64,000 nt of DNA from an uncultured Verrucomicrobiae bacterium (lineage in GTDB: Bacteria > Verrucomicrobiota > Verrucomicrobiia > Limisphaerales > JAFGQR01). Positions 61,040 to 64,000 of the stretch are shown one piece after another. The translations under genes were made by a program, and so were the position numbers. Positions within the stretch are counted from its first letter, which is position 1. Each line of letters opens with the position of its first letter. Below the pieces are notes generated by a model that was given only the letters and a program-made list of their open reading frames with translations, did no database searches and was not told the origin of the DNA. Where the stretch lies: positions 342,907 through 406,906 of the forward strand of contig CAWBHS010000060.1 in the NCBI GenBank assembly GCA_963788655.1. The letters are read 5' to 3'.

Positions 61040-61270
61040 ACGGCGCAATTATTACCACAAGACTCTCGACAACCGCAAGCATCCAATTCGCGGTTTGTGG
61101 AATGGTGGGATGGTGGAAAGGCCACGGCAAATTCATCGCCCGCATCACACCGGAAAACAATACGGGACCAGGGAATTCGGACGGGGGCCGCTGGCAGCAA
61201 CCACGTGACTCAAGCCGTGGCGGGTGGGGAAATTCAAACGCAATGACATGAAACGCATACAGACTTCCAC
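61040..61270 (+). pseudogene. Probable N-terminal remnant of a tyrosine integrase
   Basis: YHKTLDNRKHPIRGLW..GKFIARIT resembles, from memory, the arm domain of verrucomicrobial integrases. It is next to a tRNA and cut by the IS21 end. Confidence 0.45.
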
Positions 61271-61449
61271 CAACAACGTTAGCGCTCACGAGAACTGACC
61301 CGGGTGTGCTCATGAGAAGTGACCCACCTGGATGGAAGGCGGAGGGATTCCCTTTCCAAGGAGGAAGGCGGAGGAAAGGAAAAACCCTTGTCCCACCTCG
61401 ACAGCCCGGGGGCCGTTCTGGTAGGACAAGGGCGCTTTAACCAACTTCA

Positions 61450-62019
61450 GTGTACATAGCGAGAGCCTCGCTTTTTTGCAACGGAGATCGCGGCGCGATT
61501 TCGATTCGAACCGAGATGGTATCGGGCTGAAGCGGTCGCGCCGCTGGTGGGTTCGTATTACGTCGAGTGCGATCGGTGTTGCGGAACAAGCCGTGGCTGC
61601 GGAAGTGCCAGGCCCGATGCCGGCACTGCGGAATCTTCTTTCTGACGGACCGGCGCAATGCCGGGCGGGAGGATTTGGGCTGTCCGTTTGGCTGTAGTCG
61701 GGAACATCGGCGGCGGGAGTCGACGCGGCGCAGCGTGGCGTATTACCGGGAGCCGGAGGGTAAGGTAAAGAAGCAAGCCCTCAACGCGCGGCGGCCGTCA
61801 CGGGGGAGGAAAGCGCCGCCGGCTCGGATCGATCCGGCTCCGCCGGGCCGGCGGGCGATGCTGGCGTATCTGTGCGTGTTGGTCGGGCTGATCGAAGGGC
61901 GGCGGGTCGAGCGCTGGGAGGTGATCGGGATGCTGGCGCGGACGCGGAGACAACACCGCATGGTGCGCAGGCGCCGATTGGATCAGGGTGTGGCCTGGTT
62001 CCATGAACGACCGCCCTGA
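61450..62019 (+). CDS. Hypothetical Cys-rich protein inside the IS (5' part frameshifted or uncertain)
   Basis: CQARCRHCGIFFLTD.RNAGREDLGCPFGC. Confidence 0.6.
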
Positions 62020-62938
62020 ACCTCCCGAAGGCCGTTCGAGCGCCACCGCACTGGTGGAAGTGGCCCAGTTGGATCTTCGGTACGAGGGCTGCCGGCTCAA
62101 AGCGCCGGCGGCCGAGGCCCGGCTGTTGTCGGCGATCGCGGCGGGCGGCATCCAGGAGCCGTTGCAGGGGGTGGAGGTCGCGGGCGTGCGAATCCTGCTC
62201 AACGGCTTCAAGCGCCTGCGCTGCGCCCAGAAGCTGCATCTGGCCACGGTGCCGTTCGTGGCGCTGGCCGCGGACGAAACGGCCGGCATCGTGTGTTTGT
62301 TGCGCGCGGCCAATGATCACGCGTTGTCGTTGCTCGAACAGGCCCGGTTCCTCGATGAGCTCAAGGGCATGGGCGGCCTGAGCCTGGCCGAGATCGCCCA
62401 GCAGGTCGGGCGCAGCCCGGCCTGGGTGAGTTTGCGTCTGGGCGTGCTGGCCGAACTGAGTCCGCTGGTGCGCGGGGCGCTTTTCGACGGAACCTTTCCG
62501 GTTTACTCCTACCTCTACACCCTGCGGCCGTTTAGGCGTCTAAACGGCGCGGCGGCCCTCGACGAGTTCGTGGCGGCGTTGCGCGGCAAAAAACTCAGTG
62601 CCCGGCAAATCGAGCAGTTGGCGCACGGTTTTTTCCGCGGCCCGGAGTCGTTGCGGGAGCAGATCCGCCAAGGGCATCTGACCTTGCCGCTGCAACAGCT
62701 CAAGGAGTTGCCCGAGGATCCGGACGGGTGCAGCGAGTTTGAACGCCGGGTGGTCGCGGATCTGGAGCAGGCCCAGAGGATCCTGGTCCGCCTCATGACC
62801 AAAAGCACCGATCCCAGCCGACTCTCCAGCCGTCCGTTTCGCGCCCAAGCCCATTTGCTGTGCGCCGGGTTGCTGTCCCGGTTGCCGGCCTTCACTAAAA
62901 CCATCCAAAAACTCCATGATCACTGCGGACAAACGTAA
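62003..62938 (+). CDS. ParB/Srx-like N-terminal domain plus HTH protein
   Basis: LLSAIAAGGIQEPL..LLNGFKRL; HTH LAEIAQQVGRSPAWVSLRL. Confidence 0.8.
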   Translation: MNDRPEPPEGRSSATALVEVAQLDLRYEGCRLKAPAAEARLLSAIAAGGIQEPLQGVEVAGVRILLNGFKRLRCAQKLHLATVPFVALAADETAGIVCLLRAANDHALSLLEQARFLDELKGMGGLSLAEIAQQVGRSPAWVSLRLGVLAELSPLVRGALFDGTFPVYSYLYTLRPFRRLNGAAALDEFVAALRGKKLSARQIEQLAHGFFRGPESLREQIRQGHLTLPLQQLKELPEDPDGCSEFERRVVADLEQAQRILVRLMTKSTDPSRLSSRPFRAQAHLLCAGLLSRLPAFTKTIQKLHDHCGQT

Positions 62939-64000
62939 AGCGGTCTTCCTGTTGCATCAGGAAGGCGTCCCCAAGCGGGCCATTGCCCGTCAACTTCGAC
63001 TCAGTCGCAACGCGGTGCGGCGGATTATCACCCAGTCCGGGCAGATGCCCCCGCCCATTCGCCCGCCGCGAGTGGTGTTGGATGGCGACCTGTTGCGCCA
63101 ACTGCACCAGGAGTGTGAGGGCTACGCCCAGCGCATGACCGAAAAGCTGCGGGAAGAACACGGCATCACGGTCAAATACTCGACCCTGACGCGGCATCTG
63201 CGGGACCTGGGCATCACCGGCCCGAGTCCGGCGCGCTGTCAAAAAGTGCCCGACGAACCCGGAGCGGAGATGCAGCATGATACCAGCCCGTTCACAGTGT
63301 GGGTGGGCCCGCAGCGGCTGCGGCTGCAGGCCAGCCTGCTTTATCTGCGGTATTCCAAGCGGCGGGATCTGCAGTTCTACCCCGTCTTCGATCGCTTTCA
63401 CCTGAAGTGCTTCCTGCATCTGGCCTTGATGCATTGGGGTTATGCGCCGCGGGTCTGCGTCATCGACAACACCAATCTGGCCCGTTGGCGCGGGTTGGGC
63501 GCTCGCGCGGTGATGGTCCCGGAGATGGAAGTCTTCGCGCGCGGCTACGGCTTCAAGTTCCTGTGCCATGCGCCCAAGCATGCGGATCGGAAAGCAGGCG
63601 AGGAACGCAGCTTCCTGACCGTCGAAACCAACTTCATTCCGGGCCGCACGTTTACCAGTCGGAGGATCTCAACCACCAAGCTCTGGCGTGGTCCACCGTG
63701 CGGATGGAACAGCGACCGCAGGGCAAGGCCGGCCTCATTCCCGCGCAGGCCTTCGAATACGAACGCCAGTTCCTGACGCCACTGCCCCGGCATCTCCCGG
63801 CCCCTTACCAACTGTTGGATCGTTCCATCGACGAATACGGCTTCGTCGCCGTCGAGGGCAATTACTACGAAATGCCCGGCACCGGCCGGGGACAGGTCCA
63901 GGCGTTGCGCTACCTCCATCACGTGGTTCTTGGCCAGGATCGTCGCGCGGTGATCCAATACGCCCTGCCACCCTGGGGCGTGAAGAACCAGATCGTGCGC
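62916..64000 (+). CDS. istA: IS21 family transposase (frameshift at ~63660; runs off the window)
   Basis: HTH RAIARQLRLSRNAVRR; DDE motifs PGAEMQHD, VIDN and KAGEER. Confidence 0.9.

Larger units (their letters stand above)
61277..64000 (+). mobile_element. IS21-family element with passenger genes (continues past the window)
   Basis: The left end has tandem repeats gcgctcacgagaactgaccc and gtgctcatgagaagtgaccc, typical of IS21 ends. An istA gene lies downstream. Confidence 0.8.

Overview
This is GC-rich bacterial DNA, most likely from Verrucomicrobiota (Pedosphaera-like). That assignment is inferred from the PEP-CTERM tail, the prepilin/H-X9-DG proteins and the DTDGDG-type secreted C-termini. 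Many conserved genes are split by single-base indels in homopolymers, which suggests long-read consensus errors. From left to right the window holds: an Rhs toxin 3' end and its immunity gene; a Y1/RAYT transposase; a complete group II intron inserted in a REP-like palindrome; housekeeping and envelope genes (M20 peptidase, maf, nucleoside MFS, SPFH-Arc operon, PadR-HAAS/VIT, TonB-ExbBD); a tandem duplication of a pilin/beta-propeller unit whose second copy has its middle replaced by foreign DNA; nadE; a sulfatase; an OrpR/orange-protein-like sigma54 metal-cofactor cluster; a sigma54 two-component locus with a degenerate activator paralog and general-stress genes; a second RAYT element fused to the end of mutL; a tRNA with a Leu body but a Phe anticodon; an integrase remnant; and an IS21 element carrying ParB-like cargo. 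Three leads stand out. (i) A sequence-defined sigma54 stress regulon: three enhancer pairs, each spaced exactly 30 bp, plus a likely dead bEBP feedback regulator. (ii) The Leu-type tRNA with a GAA anticodon. (iii) The REP-targeting intron with a non-canonical 5' end. No CRISPR array was seen.
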